From Alphaproteobacteria bacterium (lineage in GTDB: Bacteria; Pseudomonadota; Alphaproteobacteria; GCA-2731375), in NCBI GenBank assembly GCA_965225945.1, contig CBDDBZ010000037.1, positions 64,001 through 128,000 on the forward strand: DNA of 64,000 nucleotides, read 5' to 3'. The translations under genes and the position numbers were made by a program. Below, piece by piece: positions 1-11,011 of the stretch. Below the pieces are notes generated by a model. It was given only the letters and a program-made list of their open reading frames with translations. It was not told the DNA's origin and searched no databases. The first letter of the stretch is position 1; the number at the start of each line of letters is the position of its first letter.

Positions 1-1
1 G

Positions 2-172
2 CGCATGCTCTGGGCCAGCAACTGGCCGCATCCGACCCACCAGGAGGATCCGCCGGACGACGCCATGCTGCTCGACACCCTGCTCGACTGGGCGCCGGGG
101 GAGGCGGTGCGCCGCAAGATCCTGCTCGACAATCCGGCGGCGCTCTATGGTTTCGGGCGGGACGGCGCGTGA
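2..172 (+). CDS. Amidohydrolase_2 family protein, C-terminal end (runs off window start)
   Basis: Frame 2 reads RMLWASNWPHP...RRKILLDNPAALYGF, typical of the family C-terminus; TGA overlaps the next GTG. Confidence 0.75.
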   Translation, partial: RMLWASNWPHPTHQEDPPDDAMLLDTLLDWAPGEAVRRKILLDNPAALYGFGRDGA

Positions 173-2536
173 GCGCGCGGCGGGAGGAGGACCTGGCGGT
201 AAGGGAAATCGAGAAATTCGCGATCGGCCAGCCGGTGGCGCGCACAGAGGATCCGCGCCTGCTCCGGGGCGAGGGACGCTTCACCGACGATCTGGAGATG
301 CCCGGGGCGGCGCAGGCCTTCGTGCTGCGCTCGCCCTTCGCGCATGCCCGGATCGACGGCCTCGATACCACTCGGGCGGTGGCGGCGCCCGGCGTCTTGG
401 CAATCCTCACGGCACGGGATCTGGCGGCCGCCGGCTTCGGCACGCTCAAGAACAAGATCCCGCTCCAGGGTCGCGACGGCGCTCCGATGCGCGAGCCGCC
501 ACGGCCCTCGCTCGCCACCGACCGGGTCCGCTATCAGGGCGAGCCGATCGCCCTCGTCGTCGCCGAGACCCTGGCCCAGGCGCGCGACGCGGCTGAACTG
601 ATCGAGCTGGAGGCAACTCCCCTGGCCGCGGTCACCGACGCCCGCGCGGCGGGCCGCCCGGACGCCCCCCGCCTGCACGAGGACGTGCCGGGGAACCTCT
701 GTCTCGATTGGGAGAGCGGCGATTGCGCCCGGGTCGACGCCGCTTTCGCGCGGGCCGCGCATGTGGCTCGCCTGGAGATCGAGAACAACCGCATCATCAT
801 CAATCCCTTGGAGCCGCGCGCGGCCGTGGCGGAATACGATTCCACCGGCGATCGATTTACCCTGCACCTCGGCTCGCAAGGCGTCTTCGGGTTGCGCAAC
901 AACATCGCGGGCGACATCCTCCGCATCGAAAAAGAGCGGCTTCGCGTCAGGACCTACGACGTCGGCGGCTCTTTCGGCATGAAGTCGGCGCCCTATCCGG
1001 AATACGGCCCCTTGCTGCTCGCGGCCCGGCGTCTCGGCCGGCCGGTGCGCTGGCGTGACGAGCGAGCGGACAGTTTCCTCGCCGACCAGCACGGGCGCGC
1101 CAGCATGGTCGAGGCCTCGATGGCCTTCGATGCCGAGGGCCACGTGCTGGCGGCCCGCGTGATCGGCCACGCCAACGTCGGCGCCTATCCGAGCCAGGTC
1201 GGCCCGATGATGGGGACGCGCAATATCCTGCGCAATTTCCCCAGCCTCTACCGCCTGCCGTTGCTGCACATCCGGACCTATTGCCGGTTCACCAACACCG
1301 GCCCCATCGCCGCCTATCGCGGCGCCGGCCGACCCGAGAGCAACTACTACGTCGAGCGGCTGATGGACACGGCGGCGCGCGAGATGGGGATCGACCGGAT
1401 CGAGCTCCGGCGGCGCAATCTGCTCCGGCCCGACGAGATCCCGCATACCGCGGTCTCCGGCCTCACCTACGACTCGGGCGACTTTCCCGCCGTGCTGGCC
1501 GATGCCCTCGAGCGCGCCGATTGGAATGGATTTCCGGCGCGCCGGGCGGATTCGGTTTCCCGGGGCAAGCTTCGCGGCCAAGGCCTCGCCTGTTATCTGG
1601 AGGCGACGGGGGCGCCGTCGCCTGAGATGGCGGCGATCCGCTTCGATGCCGACGGCGGCGTCACGATCACCAGCGGCACCCAAAACCAAGGCCAAGGCCA
1701 CGCGGCGAGCTTCGCCCAGATCCTCTCGAGCCGGCTCGCGATCCCGTTTCATTCGATCCGCCTCGAGCAAGGCGACAGCGACTCGCTGCTGGCCGGCGGC
1801 GGCACCGGTGGCTCGAAAACGATGATCACCGGCGGCGGCGCGATCCTGGAGGCGGCGGACGCGGTGATCGAGTTGGGCCGCCACCTCGCCGCCCGGGTGT
1901 TGGAGGCGGCGGTCGAGGACATCGGCTTCGAGGCCGGTGCCTTCCGCATCCTCGGCACCGACCGGGCATTGAGCGTGATGGCGCTCGCGCAGGCCCTCGG
2001 CGAGGGCGGCGGGGGCCCGGATCAGGGCCGCGACGCGCTCGACGTCGCGCTCAGCCACGAGGCGGCTCCCTCGAGCTTCCCGAACGGCTGTCATGTCGCG
2101 GAGGTGGAGATCGACCCGGAGACCGGCGTCGTCGCCGTGACCCGCTATGTGGTGGTCGACGATTTCGGCGTGCTGATCAATCCAATGCTGGTCGAGGGCC
2201 AAGTGCAGGGCGGCATCGCCCAGGGCATCGGGCAAGCGCTGATGGAGCGGACCTGCTTCGACGCGACGGGCCAGCTCACCACCGGCTCCTTCATGGACTA
2301 CGCCCTGCCGCGCGCGCTCGACGTGCCGGCGATCGCTTTCCACGACCACCCTGCCGGCGACCAGCAACCCCTTGGGCGTCAAGGGCTGCGGCGAAGCCGG
2401 CTGTTCGGGCGCGCTGGGCGCGGTGATGAACGCCGTGGTCGACGCGCTCAGCTCGCGCGGCATCCATCATATCGACATGCCGGCGACGCCCGCTCGGGTC
2501 TGGGCCGCGCTCCAGGGCGGCGGCGCGGTGTATTAA
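169..2536 (+). CDS. Xanthine dehydrogenase/CoxL-family molybdopterin-binding subunit with a frameshift near 2352
   Basis: Motifs [32 protein letters not shown]; conserved C-terminal [13 protein letters not shown]...[10 protein letters not shown] continues in another frame to TAA at 2534-2536. Confidence 0.88.
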
Positions 2537-2577
2537 GGTGCCCGTCCACGAGGGGGCGATAAGCTAGGGAGTCGGTG

Positions 2578-4619
2578 ATGAGCTTGCCATTGGAATCGGG
2601 GATGAAGTTCGGCGTTCAGACCATTCACCGGCGATCGGAGCCCGCGGTTGGTCCCTGGTTCCCCGATCCCGGATATGCCCGCGAGCTGGTCGAACTGGTC
2701 GAGCGCCTGGACTACGATTCCCTGTGGGTCGGCGAGGGTGTGGGTCTGGTATGGAAAATCTAAGTCATTGATTTAGTGCGTTTTTTGTGTCGAGACGAAC
2801 GGCCGAAAACGGCTATTCGTGACAATGGGCCGCTCCAAGGCAGGATTTTGTCACGACGGCAGGGTCGAGCAGGGGAAGGTGGGAACGCTCCGCACCGCCA
2901 GAAGCGCTACGATGCCGTGTCTTGAAACCCAACATCGGGAGCATTCCCATGGCAGTATCCCCGCCTCCGGCGCCTTCGTCCATCGATCTTTCCGGCCTGC
3001 CTCCTCGGGTCGTCGAGGCGGCCGCCCGGGTGCTCGCACTGTGTCGCGAGGAGCTTCGTTCCGAGCCGCGCCCCGAGGCGCCCGAGGAGGTGAGTTGCGG
3101 GTGCGTGAGGCCACGAACGTTCGCTCGCAGCTCGCGCGGCATCCATCATATCGACATGCCGGCGACGCCCGCTCGGGTCTGGGCCGCGCTCCAGGGCGGC
3201 GGCGCGGTGTATTAAGGTGCCCGTCGGTGAGCACCCTGCAGCGCCTGACCCTGAGCATGCACGAATGCTGGGAGAGCCTCGGCCCGGAGACGCTGGGCAG
3301 CATCCGTGAGGCCGAGGGCATACCGCAGGACGCGACCACCGCCTCGGTCTCCCTCGAGTCATGGTGCCGCTGAGACCCGGCGAGGACGGTCGCGCCAAGG
3401 CCTCCTGGCGCGAGGCCGCCTGCGGCACGGTCTCCTTCCACGACGCCGAGGGCAAGCGCCTGAAGACCCTCTATCTCGGCCGCATGCCGGAGAGCGGCAA
3501 GCTCACGCTGAAGGCGCAGCTTGCAAGCGAAGTCGCACACATTGGAATCGGGGATGAAGTTCGGCGTTCAGACCATTCACCGGCGATCGGAGCCCGCGGT
3601 TGGTCCCTGGTTCCCCGATCCCGGCCATCGCATGCGCTACCACGCCCTGAAGGAAGAGGGCATCGCCATCGGCTCAGGCGTGGTCGAGGCTGCCAACAAG
3701 ACCCTGGTGACACAGCGCATGAAGCGCTCCGGCATGCGCTGGCGGATCGTCGGCGGACAGGGTCGAACTGGTCGAGCGCCTGGACTACGATTCCCTGTGG
3801 GTCGGCGATCACATCGCCTTCACCATCCCGATCCTCGACCCGCTGCTGCAGCTCGTGCACGCGTCGGCCTATTCGACCAAGCTCTATTTCGGTACCGGGG
3901 TCTATCTGGCGCCGCTCCGCCATCCGACGCCGACCGCCAAGATGGTCGCCACGATCGACCATCTGTGCGGCGGGCGCTTCATCTTCGGCGTCGGCGTCGG
4001 CGGCGAATTTCCGATGGAATACGCCGCCTGCGGCGTGCCGGTGAACGAGCGCGGGGCGCGGCTGGGGGAAATTATCGAGATCCTGCGCAAACTCTGGAGT
4101 GGCGAGAGCATCAGCCACGAAGGGCGGTTCTATTCGCTTCCCGAGACGCTGATGCTGCCGGCGCCACACCAGGCGGGTGGCCCGCCGATCTGGTGTGGCG
4201 GGCGCTCGGACGCGGCGCTGAAGCGGGCCGGCCGAATGGCCGATGGCTACATGTCCTACGTCGTCACACCGGAAATGTATGGCGAGGCGCTGGGCAAAAT
4301 CACCGCCGCGGCCGAGGCGGCGGGCCGGGCGAATCGGGTCTTCGCCACCTCGCATTTGCTGTTCAGCCGCATCGACGAGACTTACGAGGACGCGCTGGAG
4401 GCGGCGACCAAAACCTTGAGCGTGCGCTACGACATGGACTTCCGCCGCGCCGCGCAGCGTTACGCCGCGCTGGGCACGCCGGCGGACGTGGCGGCGAGCA
4501 TCGACAAGTTCCGCGAGGCCGGCGTGCGCCACATGGTGATGGACTTCGTCGGCCCCTACGAGGAGCGCGACCAGCAGATCTGCCGCTTCGCCGAGGAAGT
4601 CCGCCCGCTGCTCGGCTGA
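2578..4619 (+). pseudogene. LLM-class flavin-dependent oxidoreductase interrupted by 2736-3808
   Basis: Joining 2578-2735 to 3809-4619 gives an intact 969-nt ORF (DSLWVG|DHIAF...DHLCGGRFIFGVGVG). Confidence 0.85.
2736..3760 (+). mobile_element. Fragmented ISKra4/UPF0236-type element interleaved with host duplicates
   Basis: Starts GGGTGTGGGTCT; transposase pieces WREAACGTVSFHD, YLGRMPESGK and IGSGVVEAANKTLVTQRMKRSGMRW; right end missing. Confidence 0.75.
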
Positions 4620-4650
4620 GGCGGCCGATCGGGCCATGGGCCGGACGACC

Positions 4651-4680
4651 GACGGGCGGGGTCGCCCCCACCCGCCCGTC
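4651..4680. terminator. GC hairpin between convergent genes
   Basis: gacgggcggg/cccgcccgtc 10-bp arms; no clear U-tract. Confidence 0.4.
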
Positions 4681-4709
4681 TACGCACGAAGAGTTGACGC
4701 GTCGGCCGC

Positions 4710-5801
4710 TTACCAGATCGCCACCGGCGACCCGATGGAGCCCGTGGCGCCGGCGATCGGCACCGGCGTATAGACGTAGAGGAACAAGTAGACACCGGCA
4801 TCGGCCAGGGCCTTCAGCTTCAGGTTCTCCTGATTGACGATGCCGTGGCGGGTCTGCAGGTAGTTGTGGACGCAGAAGACGCAGCCGGGGGCCACTTCAT
4901 TGGGTGTGTCCTTGCCCGCCACCGGATCCGTCGCCGGCCAAGTATCGCCGCCGGTGACGCCCGCCTTCACCTCCTCGGCGATCCAGCGCGCCACGTCGAA
5001 GCCGATTCCCGGAGCGCCGTTGTTGAACTTGGCGTTGTCCTTGATCCAGTACTTCTCCCAGCCGTAGCGGAAGATGATGGCGTCGCCCTCCATGAACTCG
5101 AAGTTCTCCATGCCTTGGCGCTTCAAGGCCTTCTTGACGTCGGCCATGGTCGCGACCTGGCCCGCTTCCATCGACTCGACGCCGCGCGCGCCCGCGAAGT
5201 CGATCAGGATGGCGCGGGCGACGATCGGGTGCAGCTTCTCGGTGCCGAGCTTCCTGAGCCCGTAGGCACTGCCCATCTCGGCCGCGGTGAAGCCGTTGTA
5301 CCAGCGCATGTTGTCGAGGTCGCCCGGCCCGCCGATCGCCACGCCGATATGACCGAGGCCGTCGAACTGCGTCCCGACCTGGCCGATCTCGGTCGCCAGG
5401 AACTCGTCGTTGTACATCAGCTTGGAGGCGCCGAACGGACCGCCCGTGGGCGTCCCCGGAATTCGCAGGCTGAACTTGCGCTTGCCGAAGAGCGGCATGT
5501 CATCGGTATAGTCGTGACCGATTTTCATGGACTTGCCCTGCTTGACCACCGACATGGCGCGCAGCACCACCGCCGGCTTCGTGTACCAGTTGGTCGAGCC
5601 GGCCTCGTCGCCCGCGCCCCAGAGCGTGTTCGGCCACCATTTGGAGCCGAGCGGCGTCGCCATCGCACTGCCGTCGACCCAGGGCTGGCCGGCGCAGGCC
5701 TTCCAGTTCTTGTCGCTGCATTCCGCCGCGAGCGCGCTACCGCCCGTGGCCAGGGCAAAACTCATGAGGCTCGCAGCCGCGAGCATGATTCGAGATTTCA
5801 C
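4710..5801 (-). CDS. Cyclase (kynurenine formamidase-like) family metal-dependent hydrolase with signal peptide
   Basis: GTQFDGLGH, GIVNQENL, GATGSIGSPVAI; N-terminal signal peptide ending ALA; GGAGG upstream. Confidence 0.8.
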   Translation of the reverse strand: MKSRIMLAAASLMSFALATGGSALAAECSDKNWKACAGQPWVDGSAMATPLGSKWWPNTLWGAGDEAGSTNWYTKPAVVLRAMSVVKQGKSMKIGHDYTDDMPLFGKRKFSLRIPGTPTGGPFGASKLMYNDEFLATEIGQVGTQFDGLGHIGVAIGGPGDLDNMRWYNGFTAAEMGSAYGLRKLGTEKLHPIVARAILIDFAGARGVESMEAGQVATMADVKKALKRQGMENFEFMEGDAIIFRYGWEKYWIKDNAKFNNGAPGIGFDVARWIAEEVKAGVTGGDTWPATDPVAGKDTPNEVAPGCVFCVHNYLQTRHGIVNQENLKLKALADAGVYLFLYVYTPVPIAGATGSIGSPVAIW

Positions 5802-5888
5802 TGGTTTCCTCCCTCATGTCAGTGATCGGGCCGGTCATACCAACCGACCGAATTCGAGACTCGTTTGAGGATTGGCAAGGCAGGGCCG

Positions 5889-7279
5889 GGTCGTGTCCGA
5901 TAGTTGGTGGAAATTGGTTTTTGGCGTAGCTCCCGATCACGATGGTTGCTCAATCAGGCGGCGAGGTCAATCGGCTTCTTGACCGGCGCTTGGTCGAGTG
6001 TTTGCCAGCCACCGACGCGGCGCATGGTGATCTGCCCCGAGGCCATCAAGGCCCAGAACAGCATGGCCGCCGTTTCCGCGTTGGGTAGTGCGCATTGGGT
6101 CTTCACCCGGCGCTTGAATTCCCCGTGCAGGCGTTCGATGGCGTTGGTGGTCCGCAAGGACTTCCATTGCTGCGGCGGATAGCGCAGGAAGGTGAACAGC
6201 CGCTCCCCCGCCTCTTCCAGGCTGTCCGCCACGCCCCGGCAGCGGAGCCGCCACTTGGCCAGGAAGGCCTTGCGCTTCTTGCGCACTTGCTCGGCGTTTT
6301 CGGCGTACATCATGTCGGTGTAGTCGGCCTTGACCTCGTCGTGCAACGCCTTCGGCGCATGGGCGAGGAGGTTGCGCTCCTTGTGCACCGTGCAGCGCTG
6401 CACCGGAATATCGCTCCACAGGCTGGCCAGCGCCGCCTCCAGGCCCTTGCCGCCGTCTACGATCAGAAGCTCCGGCGCCTTCAGGCCACGGCCGAGAAGG
6501 TCCTCCAGGACATGGCGCCAGGCCGCCTCGGTCTCCCCGCCCATGTTCTTGACCGCGAGCAGAACCTTCTGGCCGTCCCGCCGCACCCCAAGCACGACCA
6601 GCAGCGGGATTGACAGCACTCGCCCATCAAGGCGCGCCTTGACGCCGGTGCCATCCAGGATCAGCCGGACAATGTCCTCGCCCGACAAGTCCCGAGCCTG
6701 CCAGCTCTCCCAGTCGGTCTTTACCTTGCGCCAGGCGCGGCTCACCGCGTCCTTGCCGACCTTGCCCCCGAACAGGCCGGCCAGCGCTCGGCGGACACGG
6801 CGCGTGTTGGTGCCGGCAAGGTACGTATTGGCGATAATCGCCTCGGCCCGTTTGGTCAGCCGCTTGTAGGCCTGGATGGTCTGGCTCCGCCATTCCTTCT
6901 CACCGCCATCCCCATCGAGCAGGCGGACGCGGGGGAGCGAAACCGTCAGCGCTCCGAAGGTGCCGACAAGCTGCCGATGCCGGTGGCCGTTGCGATAACC
7001 CTTGGGCGCGCCGCTGCGTTGATAGCGCGCACGGCCGCCCAGCGCCGCTTGCGCTTCCTCCGCCACCACAGCCTCGATGAAGGCGCGGACGCGAAAGCGG
7101 ATCGCATCCTCCAGGGGATCGAACCAATTCTCACCGGAAAATGGACTGGGCGACGTCGATGCCGTAAGATGTTTCATGGCGTAAGCTCCTTTCGGCGGCT
7201 GCACACCGCCTTTCTGAATGTTTTACAATCAGGAGTTTACGCCAGTTCTCCAATTTTCCACCAACCTTGCGACACCACC
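5889..7279 (-). mobile_element. IS256-family element
   Basis: Imperfect IRs ggtcgtgtccgatagttggtggaaa / ggtggtgtcgcaaggttggtggaaa; 8-bp TSD CAGGGCCG at 5881-5888 and 7280-7287. Confidence 0.9.
5954..7204 (-). CDS. IS256-family transposase (start may be at 7177)
   Basis: YRNG, LILDG, IVDG, QRCTVH, RTTNAIERLHGEFKRR. Confidence 0.92.
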   Translation of the reverse strand: MQPPKGAYAMKHLTASTSPSPFSGENWFDPLEDAIRFRVRAFIEAVVAEEAQAALGGRARYQRSGAPKGYRNGHRHRQLVGTFGALTVSLPRVRLLDGDGGEKEWRSQTIQAYKRLTKRAEAIIANTYLAGTNTRRVRRALAGLFGGKVGKDAVSRAWRKVKTDWESWQARDLSGEDIVRLILDGTGVKARLDGRVLSIPLLVVLGVRRDGQKVLLAVKNMGGETEAAWRHVLEDLLGRGLKAPELLIVDGGKGLEAALASLWSDIPVQRCTVHKERNLLAHAPKALHDEVKADYTDMMYAENAEQVRKKRKAFLAKWRLRCRGVADSLEEAGERLFTFLRYPPQQWKSLRTTNAIERLHGEFKRRVKTQCALPNAETAAMLFWALMASGQITMRRVGGWQTLDQAPVKKPIDLAA

Positions 7280-7330
7280 CAGGGCCGGGTGTGATTCTCT
7301 TAAGCGACTGATCCGCGGGGGAGAATTGAT

Positions 7331-8388
7331 ATGACGTTGGCGATTACGCGAGATGACCTGTCGGCGGACGAGATGCGCGTGGTGGCGCGTCGGGTCAAGC
7401 ACAGCTCGCAGGCGCGCCGCCTTCTGGCGCTGGCCCAAGTGCTCGATGGGCACGGCCGCGAAGAGGCGTCACGCGCCTGCGGCGTGCAGCGCCAAACGCT
7501 CAGCGACTGGGTGCACCGCTACAACGCCGAGGGTGTCGAGGGGCTTTGCGATCGGCCGCGCTCGGGTCGGCGACCCAGGCTCTCGGAGGCGCAACTGGCG
7601 GAACTGGCGGGCCTGGTCGAGGCCGGCCCGGACCTGGCGGTGCACGGAGTGGTGCGCTGGCGCTGCCTCGACCTTCGCGAGGAGATCAAGGCCCGCTTCG
7701 GTGTCGAGGTCTCCGAGCGCCACGTGGGTCGGCTCTTGAAGCGGCTCGAGTTCACTCGGCTCACGGTGCGCCCCCGCCACCCGAAAGCCGACGAGGCGGC
7801 GCAGCTGGCTTTTAAAAAAACTTCGCCGCGATCGTGACCGAAGCGCTGCCGGCCGGGGCCTGCGGCAAGCCGCTGGAAATCTGGTTCCAGGATGAAGCGA
7901 GAGTGGGCCAAAAAGGTACGCTGACGCGGATCTGGGCGCGCATCGGCTCGCGCCCACGAGGTCCCCGCGACACGCGCTACGAATGGGCCTACATCTTCGG
8001 CGCCGTCTGCCCCGAGCGCGCCACCGCTATCGCCCTGGTAATGCCCTACGCCGACACCGAGGCGATGACGCTGCACCTCAAGGAGATCAGCCGTGCCGTC
8101 ACCGCCGGCGCGCATTGCGCCTTGGTGCTCGACGGCGCGGGCTGGCACACCACCCCCAAACTGAAGCTGCCATCCAACATCACCTTGATCCGCCTGCCGT
8201 CCTATGCTCCCGAGCTGAACCCGATCGAGAACGTCTGGGAATACCTGCGCAAAAACAAACTCGCGCTCCGCGTCCATGACTACTACGACGACATCGTCGA
8301 GGCCTGCTGCAAAGCCTGGAACGACCTCCTCGCCAGGCCCCAACAACTCGCCTCGATCACCGGAAGAACCTGGGCATATATGTCATGA
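7331..8388 (+). CDS. IS630-family transposase, two ORFs joined by a probable -1 frameshift
   Basis: HTH ORF 7331-7837 plus DDE ORF (WFQDEARVG, LDGAGWH, PSYAPELNPIE); slippery TTTTAAAAAAAC at 7810-7821. Confidence 0.88.
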
Positions 8389-8403
8389 TTTATGTCGGTT
8401 GGT

Positions 8404-9516
8404 GTTATCGGGGTGATTTGAGCCAGGCCGAGGCCTCGGAGATCCTGGGCATGTCGGAGCGGACGTTCCGGCGCTGGCGGGACCGCTATGAGGCCGAGGG
8501 TGCCGAGGGCTTGTACGACCGGCGCCTTGGTCGGGTCTCGGCGCGCCGCGCGCCGGTGGACGAGGTGATGCGGGTGCTGGAGCTGTTCGAGACGCGCTAC
8601 CCAGACTTCACGGCCAAGCACTTCCACGAGAAGCTGGTCTCCGAGCATGGCTTTGAGCTGAGCTACAACTGGCTTCAGCCTGAGCTTGCAGGCGCACGGC
8701 AAGATCAAGCCGGCGCCCAGGCGCGGGGCGCACCGCCGGAAGCGGCCGCGCCGCCCGGTGGTGGGGATGATGCTGCACCAGGACGGCTCGAGCCACGAGT
8801 GGGTTCCCGGCCAGTGGTGGGACCTGATCGTGACCATGGACGATGCGACATCGGAGGTCTATTCGGGCTTCTTCGTTGCCGAGGAGGGCACGATTAGCAC
8901 GTTCCTGGGGCTTGGCGAGGTGATCGCCGAGCACGGGCTGTTCTGCTCGCTCTACGCCGATCGGGGCGCGCACTACTGGCACACGCCCGTGGCCGGCGGC
9001 GGTGTGGATAAGGACAATCCGACCCAGGTCGGCCGCGCCCTGGCACAGCTCGGCATCGAGTTGATCGCGGCCTATTCGCCGCAGGCCCGGGGCCGCTCGG
9101 AGCGTATGTTCGGGACCTTGCAGAAGCGCCTGCCCCAAGAGCTGCGGCTGGCCGGGATCGCCACCATGGCCGAGGCCAATCGCTTTCTGAAGGAGCTCTT
9201 CTGGCCGGCGCACAACGCCCGCTTCGCCCACCCGGCCGCGGACACCGGCTCGGCCTTCGTGGCTTTTGCCGGCACGCTCGAGGACATCCTCTGCGTCCAG
9301 GAGGACCGCGTCGTCGCGGGCGACAACACCGTGCGCTACAAGAACCGCACGCTGCAGATCGCGGCCGATCGCCACCGCCACCACTACGTCAAGGCGCAGG
9401 TCCGGGTGCACGAATATCCCGACGGCCACCTGGCCGTCTTCCACGGACCCAGGTGTCTGGCGCGCTACCGCGCCGACGGCGAAACCATCGACGACGACAG
9501 GCTCCAGGCCGCGTGA
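8404..9516 (+). pseudogene. ISNCY/IS1202-like (IS481-related) transposase, 5' truncated, frameshifted near 8677
   Basis: HTH SERTFRRWRDRYE, LHQDGS, MDDATS, YADRG, SPQARGRSER; right end reconstructs as ...gtttgtTAtcgaca across the IS630. Confidence 0.8.
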
Positions 9517-9662
9517 CCCGCTTCGACGCGACCGAGCCCGGGCCTGTGGATAAGTGGACAGCTCGGCAAAGCAGCCGACCTGACCACTCCCCCACAGACC
9601 CAACAACCACAACAGAAGCGGTCAATTCATATGGTACATAAAGCGGTCAACTCAGTTTGTTA

Positions 9663-10800
9663 TACTCGCCTCACCCCAGAACCCGAAAATCCTTGTGCGA
9701 GATGATTCGGAAATTGTCGGTGATGGTGTCGCGCCACGTCGTCCACTCTCGTGGCAGTCGTCGGCGGAAGAAATCGTCGATGGCTTCGGTGAAGAGGGCG
9801 AAGCTGGCGTAGAAGCTGTTGTGGGTCACCTCGCGATGCATGACGCCCCATAATCGCTCGATGGCGTTGAGGTGGGGAGCGTAGGACGGTTGGAAGATGA
9901 GCTTGATGCGGCAACCCGGTCTCTCCAGCCATTGTCGGACCAGGCGGGCGTAGTGATAGCGGGCATTGTCGGCGAAGACATAGATCCGCGACTTGCCGGG
10001 ATTGGTGGCCTCCAGCATCTCGAACAGCGCGATCGTCGAGGCGGCGTTGATCCTCTCGGCCTGGACCAAGGGGCAGTGGAAGTTTTCCAGGTTGAGCGCG
10101 CCGTGGAGATTGATGCGCTGGCGCCCCGAGGTCCGGCGTAACGCCACTCTGTCGCCCTTCTTGACCCAGCCATGGACTGGGCGGGACTGGAATTCCGGGT
10201 GCACCGCATCGGCGAAGTAGACCACCTCGTCGGCGGCCAAGCCGTTGAGCAACTTATCATAGGCCTCGATAAAGGCGGCCTGCTCGGCCTCATCGGCCTG
10301 AGCCGGCAGGCTTTTCGGGCGCTTGTATTCGAAGCCCAGGCGATGCATCACCTTGATGCAGCCCGAATGGCTGTAGATCACTCCGTAGGTCGCCTTGATA
10401 TGGGCCGCCACCTCGCCGGTATCGCGGTAAAGCCGTTGGCTCAGATGGGCCGAAAGCTCCGCCTCTTGCTCCCGGCTCAGATGGCCCGACCGGCCATGCC
10501 AGTCGAACAGCGTCATTTCATCCAGGCCGCCCGCACGGTAGCGCTTCAGCCACGTCCGCACCGTGTCGTCGTCGAGGTAGAGCACCTTCGCCACCTCGAC
10601 GCAGCTCAAGCCGTCATCCAAGAGCAGAACGGCGTTCGCGCGGCGCGCCACCCCGTGGGTCTCGCTCGGATGCCCCATCACCGCCTCCAGGGCCGCGCGT
10701 TCCTCGATGCTCAGAAATCCACCGCGAATCATGACTGCGAGAAGAATCGATCCGCAGCCGGATTGCCAGAACTTTTTCGGGTCTGCGGGGAGTCGGGGTA
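9663..10800 (-). mobile_element. IS630-family element #2, copy A (1138 bp)
   Basis: TA duplication at 9661-9662 and 10801-10802; near-identical to 42791-43928. Confidence 0.93.
9671..10732 (-). CDS. IS630-family transposase
   Basis: YFADAVHP, FADNARYH, PSYAPHLNAIERLW. Confidence 0.92.
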   Translation of the reverse strand: MIRGGFLSIEERAALEAVMGHPSETHGVARRANAVLLLDDGLSCVEVAKVLYLDDDTVRTWLKRYRAGGLDEMTLFDWHGRSGHLSREQEAELSAHLSQRLYRDTGEVAAHIKATYGVIYSHSGCIKVMHRLGFEYKRPKSLPAQADEAEQAAFIEAYDKLLNGLAADEVVYFADAVHPEFQSRPVHGWVKKGDRVALRRTSGRQRINLHGALNLENFHCPLVQAERINAASTIALFEMLEATNPGKSRIYVFADNARYHYARLVRQWLERPGCRIKLIFQPSYAPHLNAIERLWGVMHREVTHNSFYASFALFTEAIDDFFRRRLPREWTTWRDTITDNFRIISHKDFRVLG

Positions 10801-11011
10801 TATCGACAGATCAATGGAGAGCGTCGTTGCGAATGGGGCCATGCTGTTTGGCTGACGGAGCTTCCGAGAGAGATCGGCCCCACAATCGCGAATTGCGTGC
10901 ACTCGGGGACAATCGCGATTTATAACGCCCATGATGAATTCGAAGCTTGCCGGCCCCCCAAACGTGGTCGACTCCGCGCGCCCCCGAGGGCCTGATCGTG
11001 CCGCGTGCGCT

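Larger units (their letters stand above)
5838..8403 (+). mobile_element. IS630-family element #1, with IS256 inserted in its left end
   Basis: Ends taccaaccgac (5838) and gtcggttggt (8403); left-end sequence resumes after the IS256. Confidence 0.75.

Noticed and set aside
2922-3215. 97-aa chimeric ORF as a new gene
   Set aside because: It is an IS N-terminus joined to the duplicated molybdoenzyme tail within the mosaic.
7810-7821. Split IS630 ORFs as a pseudogene
   Set aside because: The A-run slippery site fits the known -1 frameshift in IS630 elements.
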